Below are positions 38,366 through 48,128 of a stretch of 64,000 nucleotides of DNA, piece by piece. The notes beneath the pieces were generated by a model, which was given only the letters and a program-made list of their open reading frames with translations, made no database searches and was not told where the DNA came from. Each line of letters starts with the position of its first letter. Positions within the stretch are counted from its first letter, which is position 1. The DNA comes from an uncultured Candidatus Saccharibacteria bacterium. Its GTDB lineage: Bacteria > Patescibacteriota > JAUYIX01 > CAYNWW01. The translations under genes were made by a program, and so were the position numbers. The stretch covers positions 105,003 to 169,002 of the forward strand of contig CAYNWW010000001.1 of assembly GCA_964401055.1 (NCBI GenBank), written 5' to 3'.

Positions 38366-39530
38366 GGGAGCGTTCCCCGGATAAATTCACGAGTTTGCCC
38401 GAGCGCGCCGTGATGGTTTGCAAGATCAGATCCTCGTACGCACCGATGGAATTTTTCCAAGTGTATTGGCGGCGGACATGCTCGATCGCCTTTCGGCGCA
38501 AGCTGCGCGCGAGCAGTGGATGATGTGCGAGGTGATCGATTTTGCGTGCGAGGTCGCGCGTGTTGCGTTCGGACACTTTGAAAAACAACGCCGAGCCGTT
38601 GGCAACTTCGCGCAACTCGGGTTTGTCATTTGCCAAGACGCAGTTGCCAAATCCCATTGCCTCGATCAGTGCCGGATGTGTCCCGCCCACTTCAGTCGCC
38701 TGGATGTACGCGTACGCATTTTGTTGCAACGATTTGTAATTTTTTCCATACACAAAGCCAAGGAATTTAATCCGCGGATCACGCGTGGCGCGGATCGCCT
38801 GTTCGAATTCCGGATCGTATGTCGAGCCTCCAATCATTACCAGGCTTTTTTTGGTCGTAGTTTGTTCAAATGCCTTCACAACCAAGTGCGGATTATTTTC
38901 CGGCTCAAACCGACTTACATAGAGAAAATAATTGCCAAGCTTGATGCCAAATTTTTTTTCAAGCGCGCGGTCTTTTTTGCGTTGAATGCGGGCGCCGTAC
39001 GGAATCATAGTGCTCTGCTTGCGATAGGTATCTAGATAAAAATCTTGAATCACTTTCGCATCGGTGATTATTTCCGTCGCGGTCCATGTTGCAAGCCATG
39101 CGCAAAATTTCAAATACATGCGCGCGATGCGACCCCATTTTTTGCGTTCCCATTCGAGGCCGTCGACGTTGAGCAATACCGGCGTGCCCACTAGGCGCGG
39201 AATCCACGCAATCGGCGCATTGCCCACGTTGACCATCACGATGGCGTCGTAGCGTCGGGTCGCCGCATGCAATGCTGCAAGCAGCGAGTGTCCGATTGTA
39301 TCAAAAAATTTGTTTTTGATGGACGGGATGTTGATGATGTGCACACCCTTGTATGCATCGCGTCGTTTGGTACCTGCGTATACGCGGTTGTACGAAGTCA
39401 TGTCAAAACCATGTCGTGCGAGTCGAATGCACAATTCTTCGGCAAATGTTTCAAACCCGCCGTAATTTCCCGGGATGCCGCGATGGCCGATGACCGCGAT
39501 GCGTAGATTTTTTGCTGATTTATTTGGCAT
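38358..39530 (-). CDS. GT4 with DUF1972-like N-domain (WchF-like)
   Basis: GHRGIPGNYGGFETFAEEL, NVDGLEWER.KW, EVGGTHPALIEAM. Confidence 0.9.
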   Translation of the reverse strand: MPNKSAKNLRIAVIGHRGIPGNYGGFETFAEELCIRLARHGFDMTSYNRVYAGTKRRDAYKGVHIINIPSIKNKFFDTIGHSLLAALHAATRRYDAIVMVNVGNAPIAWIPRLVGTPVLLNVDGLEWERKKWGRIARMYLKFCAWLATWTATEIITDAKVIQDFYLDTYRKQSTMIPYGARIQRKKDRALEKKFGIKLGNYFLYVSRFEPENNPHLVVKAFEQTTTKKSLVMIGGSTYDPEFEQAIRATRDPRIKFLGFVYGKNYKSLQQNAYAYIQATEVGGTHPALIEAMGFGNCVLANDKPELREVANGSALFFKVSERNTRDLARKIDHLAHHPLLARSLRRKAIEHVRRQYTWKNSIGAYEDLILQTITARSGKLVNLSGERSHE

Positions 39531-40662
39531 AGTGGTTGTAGAGTTGTTCAATGGCAGTCACCGTGCGTTGCTGTGAGAATTTTTCAGAAACCGTTGCAAA
39601 TGCTGCCGCACTGAGACGTTCGCGAAGCGCGCGATTTTCAACCAAAATAAGTAATTGGTGCGCGAGATCGTCCGGGTTTTGCGGCTCGGCGAGGAGTCCG
39701 TTGATTTTATCCGTGATGATTTCTTGCAAGCCCCCGATGCGCGATACCACGACCGGCTTGCTCATTGCCATTGCCTCGAGTGATGCGATGCCCAATCCTT
39801 CGCAAATCGATGGCATGGCGAAGATATCAAAACGCGCGAGTTCGGGGCGAATGTCTTGGTGAAATCCGGTGAGTGTGACGTGTGCGTTGAGGCCGAGCTC
39901 GGCGATCAGTGTAGTGAGCTTGTCGCGAAATTTGTGCTGATTTTTATACACATCGCCCATGATCACCAAGCGCGTGTTTGGGTGCGCGGCATGTACTTGC
40001 GCAAATGCGCGAATCAAATCATCTTGACCCTTGAGCGCGTTGATGCGGCCGATGTTGCCGATCACGATCGCATTATCCGATACGGCGCGTTGTGGTTGCG
40101 TGAATTGGGAAAAATGCGCCACGTCGATGCCGTCATAAATCGTGAGCGTCTTTTTTTGTGAAGCAAATTGTGCCGCTACGGAATTGCTGACGGTGATCAC
40201 TTGTTTTGACATCGCTTGCATGAACCAGGTGTAAAGCCGTTTGGCCGGTGAGTTGGAAATATTAATAAATTCGCGCGCGTGCCAGATGTGCGGAATTCCG
40301 AGGAGTCGTGCCGCGATCGCGCCCGGCAAAATTACCGACGTGTTGGTGTGAACCACGCTGGCCTGGTGCGTGCGTGCGATGCGCATGATTTTTGCCACGG
40401 ACAGAGGAAATCGCCAGATAAATTCGGCAAGACCGCGCAGCGTGAGATTGGCTCGACGCAAAATACTGATTGGATACACGATGTATGGAATGTGGTGCGC
40501 ATCCAGATCTGCGGTAAACGTGCCCTGCTCCGGCACCAGTACGAGTGGTTTGAAGCGCGTTTGATCAAGGTTGGTGACAAGCGAAAGCAGCGCCCGATCC
40601 GAACCGTAGGAATCCGACGAGGAATGCACGTATAAAATGGTGAACGGTGATTTCCGCTTCAT
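39520..40662 (-). CDS. GT4 glycosyltransferase
   Basis: YGSDRAL, GRINALKG, EGLGIASLEAMA; start likely 40662. Confidence 0.9.
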   Translation of the reverse strand: MKRKSPFTILYVHSSSDSYGSDRALLSLVTNLDQTRFKPLVLVPEQGTFTADLDAHHIPYIVYPISILRRANLTLRGLAEFIWRFPLSVAKIMRIARTHQASVVHTNTSVILPGAIAARLLGIPHIWHAREFINISNSPAKRLYTWFMQAMSKQVITVSNSVAAQFASQKKTLTIYDGIDVAHFSQFTQPQRAVSDNAIVIGNIGRINALKGQDDLIRAFAQVHAAHPNTRLVIMGDVYKNQHKFRDKLTTLIAELGLNAHVTLTGFHQDIRPELARFDIFAMPSICEGLGIASLEAMAMSKPVVVSRIGGLQEIITDKINGLLAEPQNPDDLAHQLLILVENRALRERLSAAAFATVSEKFSQQRTVTAIEQLYNHYAK

Positions 40663-40800
40663 TGAGAGGAAAATTAGAGTTACACACACTGGCTATTTAT
40701 ACTATAATAAAAATCGATTTATGTCAAGTTTTGGCGGGGGTTTCGGGTGAACATATTGAGGCAAATCTCAGCGGCCGTGCGGAATTTTTCCCAAAAGAAA

Positions 40801-40850
40801 AAACCCACAGCGATATCTGTCAGCAGTGCTGATCACATTCGTGTGGGTTT
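40801..40850 (-). terminator. Long bulged hairpin terminator of the 3-gene islet
   Basis: AAACCCACA..TCAGCA-C-TGCTGA..TGTGGGTTT then TTTCTTTT. Confidence 0.75.
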
Positions 40851-40854
40851 GGGG

Positions 40855-41664
40855 TTAGTTGTTTTGGTTCCTCCGTGCTAATTCGGCCTGCTCGTCAGGC
40901 GTTGCTGAGCTTTGCAGACGCGCCTGCTCTGCAGAGGTTGATTGGTAGTCGATTGCATAGAAGCCAATCGGTACCGGTTTTCCGTCCTCGCTTTTTGTGG
41001 CAGAGCGGAGATTTGAGAAAAAATCTATTTGATCATCTTTCTCCTTTTTGCTGAGGTTCTTGTTATTCCGGATTTTATCCAGAAACTCCTTGGTTACCAC
41101 AGCTTTGGGGTTTTTCATGCCCTTGTAGTCGCCATTACTGACAACGGCATCATCGTTGATCCAGGCTCCGTATTGGAGTCTTGCAGCTTTGTCTCGACCG
41201 CTGATGACGAAGAAATTTCCGAGCAGTTTATCCTGCATGAACTTTTCGCTGACAACGGCACTGCACATCCAGCCATCATTCAGCATCTTGCAAGGTAGAT
41301 AGACTCGTTGCTTGCGCCCCGAAGCCCAAAAAACTTGCTTGCCGTCAGACTCGCTGAGTGGCACTGAGCCATTCTCTACGTCGCGGGCGGTTGATTCATC
41401 CGGAGCGGCCAGTTGGTTTTTAACCGTGCTGAACGCTTGGATTTGCGGAATGAGAATTTCTTCCCATCCGTACTGCAGCGGGCTTTCTCGAAAAAACGCA
41501 CTGATTTGCACATTGCCATTATCGAGACGCACGGCTGATAGTTCGTATGCCACGCTCGGGACTCGATCGCCCGCGCTTTCGGCAGTTGCAGTGTTGTTGT
41601 TGATGATGAGCATGATGACCGCAATCATCATGCAGGTGAGCAGTGTCTTAATTCCCTGATACAT
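40855..41664 (-). CDS. Secreted orphan protein
   Basis: AAGGAG SD before ATG 41664; signal peptide ending ATA. Confidence 0.75.
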   Translation of the reverse strand: MYQGIKTLLTCMMIAVIMLIINNNTATAESAGDRVPSVAYELSAVRLDNGNVQISAFFRESPLQYGWEEILIPQIQAFSTVKNQLAAPDESTARDVENGSVPLSESDGKQVFWASGRKQRVYLPCKMLNDGWMCSAVVSEKFMQDKLLGNFFVISGRDKAARLQYGAWINDDAVVSNGDYKGMKNPKAVVTKEFLDKIRNNKNLSKKEKDDQIDFFSNLRSATKSEDGKPVPIGFYAIDYQSTSAEQARLQSSATPDEQAELARRNQNN

Positions 41665-42325
41665 GCGAGATCTCCTTGTTGTTCGCATAGGGCAAAATCA
41701 ATTGAGCCTTCCAATCCAAGAAGCTGTATGCAACTTGGTTGGTTGCTGAATATGATCCAAGCCATCTGCTGGCATGTGGAGCGTGTACTGGCGTAACAAG
41801 CTCCACAATAGTCATTTCAGCTTCCGCAAACGGTGGAAAAACAAATACTCCTTTCGCCTGATCCAAGAGGATCTTTGTTTTCTTGTTGTTTGCATCAAAT
41901 ATGAGCGAGTCTGTTGCTGGACAGTTGATATTTGTCCAGAAAGTTTCCCCCTTTCCAGGCTCGTCTCCCGCGTACATATTGGCCGCCTCTTGCGAGTAGC
42001 CGGGGGATATAGAGAAATAACGTACGCGAGTAGTGGGATCAGCTTCAGTGCCAATTAGGCACTTAAGGATTTTTACTCCTTCGCTATTTGTAGCGACAAA
42101 ATCTTTCCCCTGAATGAGTCCAATTTTTTTTCCATGCGGCCCAAGCATGAATTTGCTTGGGTCATTTGGGTCCATAAGGTAAGAGTATGTTGCGGTTGGA
42201 GTTTTGTAGTTATCTCCCGGTTCATTTGGGTCATTGCCATCTGGATGATCCAGATTGTTATCTGGCCCGCATGCCGAGAGGAGAATCGTAGCAAGCATGA
42301 CGCCAAGCGTCAATAACTTTTTCAT
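41648..42325 (-). CDS. Orphan lipoprotein
   Basis: MKK + hydrophobic stretch + lipobox LSAC. Confidence 0.8.
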   Translation of the reverse strand: MKKLLTLGVMLATILLSACGPDNNLDHPDGNDPNEPGDNYKTPTATYSYLMDPNDPSKFMLGPHGKKIGLIQGKDFVATNSEGVKILKCLIGTEADPTTRVRYFSISPGYSQEAANMYAGDEPGKGETFWTNINCPATDSLIFDANNKKTKILLDQAKGVFVFPPFAEAEMTIVELVTPVHAPHASRWLGSYSATNQVAYSFLDWKAQLILPYANNKEISHVSGN

Positions 42326-42337
42326 GATAGCCCATCC

Positions 42338-43261
42338 TTACCACAAGGAGAAGTTTTCTGATACCGAAATGCGAAATCCTGCTTGAGTGGTGTCACTGAC
42401 GACATCCCATCTGTGCATCAGAGGGCTGTACGACCACACTTCAGTGCGGGTCCATTCAGCCAGCGCTTCTACAAACAAATGAAGACGTGAGTTGTACGCT
42501 TCGATCATTGGACCCCCAAAATGGGGAGTAATTCGCGCATAGCGTTTACCATCAATCTCTTGAGTTTCCATATGCGCGAAATAGAACAGTCGCACCTCCC
42601 AGTTTCCTTTTTGAAGAGATGGGATGGCGAGATAGTCGTCGCTTACTAGACTTGAGAGATTGATCCCAAGGCCAAGATTTCCGCCAATCACATCAACGTC
42701 ATCTGGCGGGAATTGTCGCCAATCTCTCTCGAACAGCGCTCGCGCTTCAGTAAATCCGGCAATCGCACGTGTGCCAACTCGAAACAACGATTCGTTTGCT
42801 TTTCCGAATTGCTGCTCAAAACTCACTTGAGTTGTTACAAGTTTGATATTTATACTCGCTGATACGGCTGCGAGCGCCTTCCATCCAAAATAGGGATTTG
42901 AAGGCGTGAGGCTGTCGGCGTCTGCAGGGTCGGCCGTGTTATTCGCGCCAGCGCTAAATGAGATTTCAAACGGCCTTTTTTTTCCGAGTAGCGGGACATA
43001 ATGTCGAAACTTTTGCACGATCACCACAAATCCTTCAAGAAACTTAAAATGATTCATGTGTGCATCGTTGGCAATCGGATCCCACCAGAGCGATGTCCCA
43101 ACAGTCGAAAAGAGTAGAATTTCGAGTTTTGCCCGCTCCCACTTCCCGCTTGCCTCTTGATTTTCTGAATCCATACTATTTACGTCGGGCGCATTTGCCG
43201 CCCATGATTGACCGCAACATATGCGTAACGCGAGAAATATGAACACGAATAATCGTTTCAT
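42338..43261 (-). CDS. Secreted orphan, putative outer-membrane beta-barrel
   Basis: AAGGAGG SD, signal peptide, alternating beta-strand patterns, C-terminal GFRISVSENFSLW. Confidence 0.6.
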   Translation of the reverse strand: MKRLFVFIFLALRICCGQSWAANAPDVNSMDSENQEASGKWERAKLEILLFSTVGTSLWWDPIANDAHMNHFKFLEGFVVIVQKFRHYVPLLGKKRPFEISFSAGANNTADPADADSLTPSNPYFGWKALAAVSASINIKLVTTQVSFEQQFGKANESLFRVGTRAIAGFTEARALFERDWRQFPPDDVDVIGGNLGLGINLSSLVSDDYLAIPSLQKGNWEVRLFYFAHMETQEIDGKRYARITPHFGGPMIEAYNSRLHLFVEALAEWTRTEVWSYSPLMHRWDVVSDTTQAGFRISVSENFSLW

Positions 43262-43301
43262 ACCCCCTCCTTTTCAAGAATAGGTTGGTAAATTGCTATC
43301 T

Positions 43302-43360
43302 GTAAAAGTCGCATTACTGCGGGCGACGTATCGTCACTCCGCAGAATATCCGTCTTTTAC
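43302..43360 (-). promoter_or_regulatory. Long 5'-leader hairpin of the islet
   Basis: GTAAAAG..CTGCGG-A-GTGACG-ATA-CGTCGC-CCGCAG..CTTTTAC. Confidence 0.6.
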
Positions 43361-43363
43361 GTA

Positions 43364-44059
43364 TTATTGTGTGTGCTTTGCTTCCAGTGTCGCGCGTCGA
43401 CGCTCGATCGCTTCGCGCACAAATGCGCGCGGGCTTTTTGCGGCAAAAATGTTGCGCTTGCCGGATTCATATCGCACGACGAGCACAAGAAGCCCTCCGA
43501 TGCCGCCGAGCACAAATCCGAGCGCGGTGTCTTCAGGAATGTTTGGAATCACGGTGCGATCTGAGACGCGCGGGCCGTCGATGATGCGAATCGTCACATC
43601 GTCTCCGCCGCCGTGATATTCTTTGCCTTGCGTCACGAGCACGTTGGCGATTGCATGCGCGATTTGTTCGGCCTGCAATTTGTCGCGATTATACACGCTG
43701 ACCGTGATGATGCCGGTGTCTTTCAAAATATCTACCGACACGGTTTTTTTCCACGACTTTAATTTTTGTTCGTCGGTCACGCCAAAATTATCTGTGATAA
43801 AATAATCCGCGCGCATCACGCTTTGGAAAAACGAATTGGTGTACATGACTTCGCGCAACACGGATGAAATATTTTCCGCCGACTTTGACGCAGTGTACGG
43901 ATCAATTTTTTCCTGACTTTGCTGAATGACGAGCAGCTTTGTAGTCGCCTCGTATTTATCTTGTTGTACCAGTGTCACGCCCAACGTCAAAAGTCCGGCA
44001 CCTGCCGCAAGCATCAGAATGAAAAACCAATTTTTCGTCAAATACGTGATGTAGCTCAT
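43364..44059 (-). CDS. Wzz/YveK-like chain-length regulator
   Basis: Two terminal TMs, YEATTKLLV, PNIPEDTALGFVLG. Confidence 0.8.
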   Translation of the reverse strand: MSYITYLTKNWFFILMLAAGAGLLTLGVTLVQQDKYEATTKLLVIQQSQEKIDPYTASKSAENISSVLREVMYTNSFFQSVMRADYFITDNFGVTDEQKLKSWKKTVSVDILKDTGIITVSVYNRDKLQAEQIAHAIANVLVTQGKEYHGGGDDVTIRIIDGPRVSDRTVIPNIPEDTALGFVLGGIGGLLVLVVRYESGKRNIFAAKSPRAFVREAIERRRATLEAKHTQ

Positions 44060-44086
44060 GAATGGATATAATTGAGTGTTCCGCTC

Positions 44087-44115
44087 TTTATATCATGATA
44101 TGTATTTTTTGTCAA
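44087..44115 (-). promoter_or_regulatory. Sigma70 promoter directly after the islet terminator
   Basis: TTGACA-17 nt-TATAAA. Confidence 0.75.
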
Positions 44116-44119
44116 GAAA

Positions 44120-44144
44120 AACCCCTTCATTATGGGAAGGGGTT
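44120..44144 (-). terminator. Intrinsic terminator
   Basis: AACCCCTTC-ccataat-GAAGGGGTT + TTTC. Confidence 0.8.
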
Positions 44145-44154
44145 GAGGTGAAAT

Positions 44155-44956
44155 TTAGCGCAATGGGGGTTTGCACTCTTCAATCGGTTCGCTTGTCGTA
44201 TTCTTGCGAATCGTCGAAATGAGATTTCCGCTTGTATCTCGATCGTACACGAGGCATTGAGAATGTGGCGGGATCACAATTTCCTCCCAGGCTGGCGAAT
44301 CAGAACATAGCGGGTTCTGCTGGGATTTACATGCAGAGACGCCAGGCATATGTTCTTTTTCCTCCGTGCTCACATCTGACAACTCGCCACTCCGTATCGC
44401 AGCTTTTACCGAAATTGCCTGAGGCGATACTTGAGGTGTGATCTCGGGTGTCTCGCGTGCATATATAGCCCGTACCTTTTGCAAATCCTCTTTTGATATT
44501 CCTGAGGACGGAGGATTGTTTAAGGATTTAGAGCTATTAAGTGAAAGCCATGGCTGCGGTCCCATAATCGGCGTTTGGGTTGGCGTTCTGGCAGGAGTCG
44601 CTGTTGGCGTTGCCGTGGGCTTCGCTTTCGTCGGCTTTGGAGTTGGCTTCGGGGCGGTTGGTGTTGCCGTTGCCGTTACCGCAATGCTTGGCACAAGCAC
44701 TGCGGGCGGAGTTGGCGTATTCGTCGGTCTGGCAAATACAACTGCAGGGGTAAGCTGCACTGTCAGCTGATTTATAAGCGAATTTTGCAGGTCGACATCT
44801 TCTGTGACTTGGTGTGTTCCACTCGTGCGAGTTTCCTCAACGGTTTTTTGGACTTCACTTGCGTGCGTACCGTATTTTTTTATACCCGCATAAAGCGCTG
44901 CGCAGGCACAAATGCCTCCGCAGATAAATAAAAACAAGCGCAATGTCCTGTTCATG
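44155..44956 (-). CDS. Membrane-anchored Thr/Pro-rich orphan
   Basis: AGGAGG SD before ATG 44956; N-terminal TM; PTPKPT/TPT linker; C-terminal Cys domain. Confidence 0.75.
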
Positions 44957-45058
44957 AATGATCCCTCCTGATGATGGACACATAAATATATAGCTATAAC
45001 TAAAAAAATGCAAGAAAAAACGACTTTTCCAAAGTCGTTTTGAATTTTGTGCAATTTG

Positions 45059-45976
45059 TTATTCTGGGCTCACTTGCGCCACTTCACCGGTCAACAAGTC
45101 GATTCCTCCAATAATATTTTCAATAGTCTCTTGGCGCTCTCTGATGCGATCAGTTGATTCTGTCGGCTCCTCTTGCGGAGGTGTTGCTGGCTTGCTGTGT
45201 TGCAACGATTCGGCGATAATCTCATCTTCAGAGAGCATTTGGGTTTCGCCGGAAATAGGCTTGACTTGTAGTACTTGTTTTTCAGAATTTTGCTCTGTCA
45301 AAATTACTGAGCCAGAACTTTTCCCATTTCCGTTTCCATTCCCATTTCCGTTCAGCCGGCTCCCGTAAATTTCGATTAGCGCCCGAAATTTAGCAAGTAC
45401 GTCTGTACACTGTCGAGTGAGCTCCTGCATGTGCAATGAGCCTTCAAGACTTCGTGCGGTGTTTTCATGTACGGTGTCTCGCAGAAGAGGAAACCCTGTA
45501 CCACCGAAATGTAGGGCGAATTGCTGGAGGCTCTCGACTAGCCCTTGAGCTTGATTAAGAACGGCCTGTGAAGACCCCTTTTCTTGAACAAGGTATTCAA
45601 GTGCTCTTTCGATCGTATCGAAATAGCTCGTAACGCGCTGTAGGAGATTACCGTACTTTTCTGCACTATTGAGTGCATCTTGGCGCGCTTTCTCAAAAAG
45701 TTTCTCGGCAGAGTTTCTCAACTCCTCTTTGCTTGGAAAATGACCGAAAGCTTTTTCTGTGATTTCTTTATACTGAGCGAGTTGAAGTTCGGCACTTCTT
45801 CTTTTGGCTCTTTCGGCCTCAAGCGCACGATTTTTTTTGCGACTAAATAGCAGATTGTGCAGCGCCCCTCCTAAAATGACAAAAGTTATCACGGAAATTG
45901 TGTAGGCTGGCGTTGTTGCGCACAACTGTAAAAGCGAGAAAAAAATGCCAGCTGTTTTTTGCAGAAAAACGAACAA
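45059..45976 (-). CDS. TM plus coiled-coil orphan with an NG repeat
   Basis: TTGACA-17-AATAAT promoter; AGGAGG before the TTG start. Confidence 0.72.
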   Translation of the reverse strand: MFVFLQKTAGIFFSLLQLCATTPAYTISVITFVILGGALHNLLFSRKKNRALEAERAKRRSAELQLAQYKEITEKAFGHFPSKEELRNSAEKLFEKARQDALNSAEKYGNLLQRVTSYFDTIERALEYLVQEKGSSQAVLNQAQGLVESLQQFALHFGGTGFPLLRDTVHENTARSLEGSLHMQELTRQCTDVLAKFRALIEIYGSRLNGNGNGNGNGKSSGSVILTEQNSEKQVLQVKPISGETQMLSEDEIIAESLQHSKPATPPQEEPTESTDRIRERQETIENIIGGIDLLTGEVAQVSPE

Positions 45977-46077
45977 GAGTACCCCTCCTATTAAACTGAT
46001 CGGGCGCGGGATTGCGCAAGATCATCCAGCGATTATTGCACGACTTTATGCGTATGTCAATGCAGACGTAATGTTGT

Positions 46078-47295
46078 CTACTTTGTCTTCTCCAACACCG
46101 CCTTGGCATGTGCCTCTTTCCCTTGGCGCACGTACGTGATATCCACGGTGTCGCCGGGCTTGTATTTCTGCAAGAGCGACGCGAGGCCGCGGCTTTCGGT
46201 CAGATCGTCGCTATTGATGCGCGTAATAATATCGTTGGCCTGCAAGCCTGCTTTTTCTGCCGGACTGCCGGGCACGACCGCGACATCTTGGGCACCGGAC
46301 TTGGTATTGCCGGCTTGGATCAGTGCGCCGCGACGAACCGACAACTTGTAGAGGTCGGCGATTTCATTGGTGATCGGGATGTAATGCACTCCCAAGAACG
46401 GCCTCGTGATCACGCCGGTATCAATCACGCTGGTGATGGCTGGCTTGACCACATTGATTGGGATGGAAAATCCGATGGTCTGGCCACTGCCGTCGACAGC
46501 TGTGTTGACACCGACGACTTCGCCGGAGAGATTGACGAGTGGGCCGCCGGAGTTGCCGGGGTTGATCGCAGCATCAGTTTGGAGTACGCCTTCAAGCCTC
46601 TCACCCATGCCACGATCTGAGGCTATAATGGTGCGATCTTTTGCGCTCACGATCCCTGCCGTTGCGGTGTTTTGATATTGTCCGAGGGCGTTGCCGATGG
46701 CGACCACGCGTTGGCCGACTTTGAGCGTGTCCGAATCGCCGAGTTTGACGACCGGCAATCCGTGGGCATCAATTTTGATCACTGCGATATCATTGGAAGG
46801 ATCGATACTTTTGATGGTCGCATCATAACTTTTTCCATCGTTCGTGAGTACGTTGAGTTTGGAAGGCGCGCCTTCGACCACATGCCGATTGGTCAAAATC
46901 AACCCATCTTCAGTGATCACGAATCCGGTGCCGCCGCCTTTTTGTTCGCCAATATTTCCGAAATAATCTTGGACATTGGAGCTGGTGATAATACTTACCA
47001 CTGACGGGCTCACCTTAGTCACCGCATCTACGATGCCGGAATTTTCATCCACTGTCACTTTTTCTTCTTTGCGTAGGACGGTCGTGTGCCCGTTGTCGAG
47101 TGTGCTAAAAAAATGGTTGTTGGCAATAAAGGAAAATCGCTGAAGATATGGCCAGACGATGCGATCCGCCACCACTCCGCCGACCGCTCCGAGCACCAGG
47201 CTGACCGGCACGCAAAGTGCGACCGCAATCAGTATGACGTGTGCAGTGCGATGATGAGAGCGCTGTGGGGAAAAACTTGCAGGTTGGTCTTGCAT
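46078..47295 (-). CDS. htrA: HtrA/DegP-family serine protease with PDZ
   Basis: GTGFV, TNRHVV, DIAVIK, QTDAAINPGNSGGPL. Confidence 0.93.
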   Translation of the reverse strand: MQDQPASFSPQRSHHRTAHVILIAVALCVPVSLVLGAVGGVVADRIVWPYLQRFSFIANNHFFSTLDNGHTTVLRKEEKVTVDENSGIVDAVTKVSPSVVSIITSSNVQDYFGNIGEQKGGGTGFVITEDGLILTNRHVVEGAPSKLNVLTNDGKSYDATIKSIDPSNDIAVIKIDAHGLPVVKLGDSDTLKVGQRVVAIGNALGQYQNTATAGIVSAKDRTIIASDRGMGERLEGVLQTDAAINPGNSGGPLVNLSGEVVGVNTAVDGSGQTIGFSIPINVVKPAITSVIDTGVITRPFLGVHYIPITNEIADLYKLSVRRGALIQAGNTKSGAQDVAVVPGSPAEKAGLQANDIITRINSDDLTESRGLASLLQKYKPGDTVDITYVRQGKEAHAKAVLEKTK

Positions 47296-47333
47296 AGTGA
47301 GTTGTTAATTTTTAAGAAGTCGTATGTGGGCAA

Positions 47334-48119
47334 TCACACCGGCGTCCATTTGGACGTCGCTAATATGAGGATGACAAGCGCCAGGGTAAACGCAACTTGC
47401 ATGCGCGCGGCGCGCGGCGTGAGTGCGCCTTTTTGCTGAAGCGCGCACATGCCAAAAAAAAGATACCCTGCACTGGTTATAAGCATTGCGGCTGAGGAAT
47501 AGCTGATAGGCCACAACGTCACAATCCATGCGAGTTCGGTCATCATCAGTGCGGCAAGTACCACGTAAAAAAGCGATCTCACGTTAAGCAACTCATGTTG
47601 CCAGAAAAAGATGACGCCCTGGAGCATCACAAATCCCGCAAGCCCGAGTAAAAATATCCACAGATATTCATGCGTGAAGGAAAACACACCCAGAATTCCG
47701 CGCGCGCCCAAAAACAAAATGTAGAGTTGGAGAAATTCGCCCATATCATCAATGAGCGTGGATTGTGTGCCCGGATGCAGATCGTCTTGTTTGTATTTGT
47801 GAGAAAAAAACGTAAACAGTGCCGCAAAGATGATGCAGTTTACTCCAATGAACACGTATTTCAACAATGGCCCGAATGCGATAAACAAATTAAGTCCGAC
47901 ACCGACGCCGAGCAATAGTGCGAGCAATGGAAAGAGTAGCGTGCTGGGTTTGCGCAATTTAAATTCGGCTGTCACGATCGATCCGACAAAAATTGCCACG
48001 CTTGTGCCCGCCACCGCGTACCAAATGTATTCTGTGGTTGCGATGAGTTCGTAAAAACCAAAGCCGATGACGGCAGAAAACAAAAGCGAAATAATAGCTT
48101 TGATTATCAGCGCGCGCAT
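47334..48119 (-). CDS. Polytopic membrane protein (DUF5656-like)
   Basis: Many TMs; ELAWIVTLWPI; C-terminal TSKW. Confidence 0.65.
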   Translation of the reverse strand: MRALIIKAIISLLFSAVIGFGFYELIATTEYIWYAVAGTSVAIFVGSIVTAEFKLRKPSTLLFPLLALLLGVGVGLNLFIAFGPLLKYVFIGVNCIIFAALFTFFSHKYKQDDLHPGTQSTLIDDMGEFLQLYILFLGARGILGVFSFTHEYLWIFLLGLAGFVMLQGVIFFWQHELLNVRSLFYVVLAALMMTELAWIVTLWPISYSSAAMLITSAGYLFFGMCALQQKGALTPRAARMQVAFTLALVILILATSKWTPV

Positions 48120-48128
48120 CGGTAGGAT

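Noticed and set aside
45321-45353. NGNGNG hexamer repeat as a phase-variation locus
   Set aside because: In frame, with degenerate codons, so slippage would not switch expression
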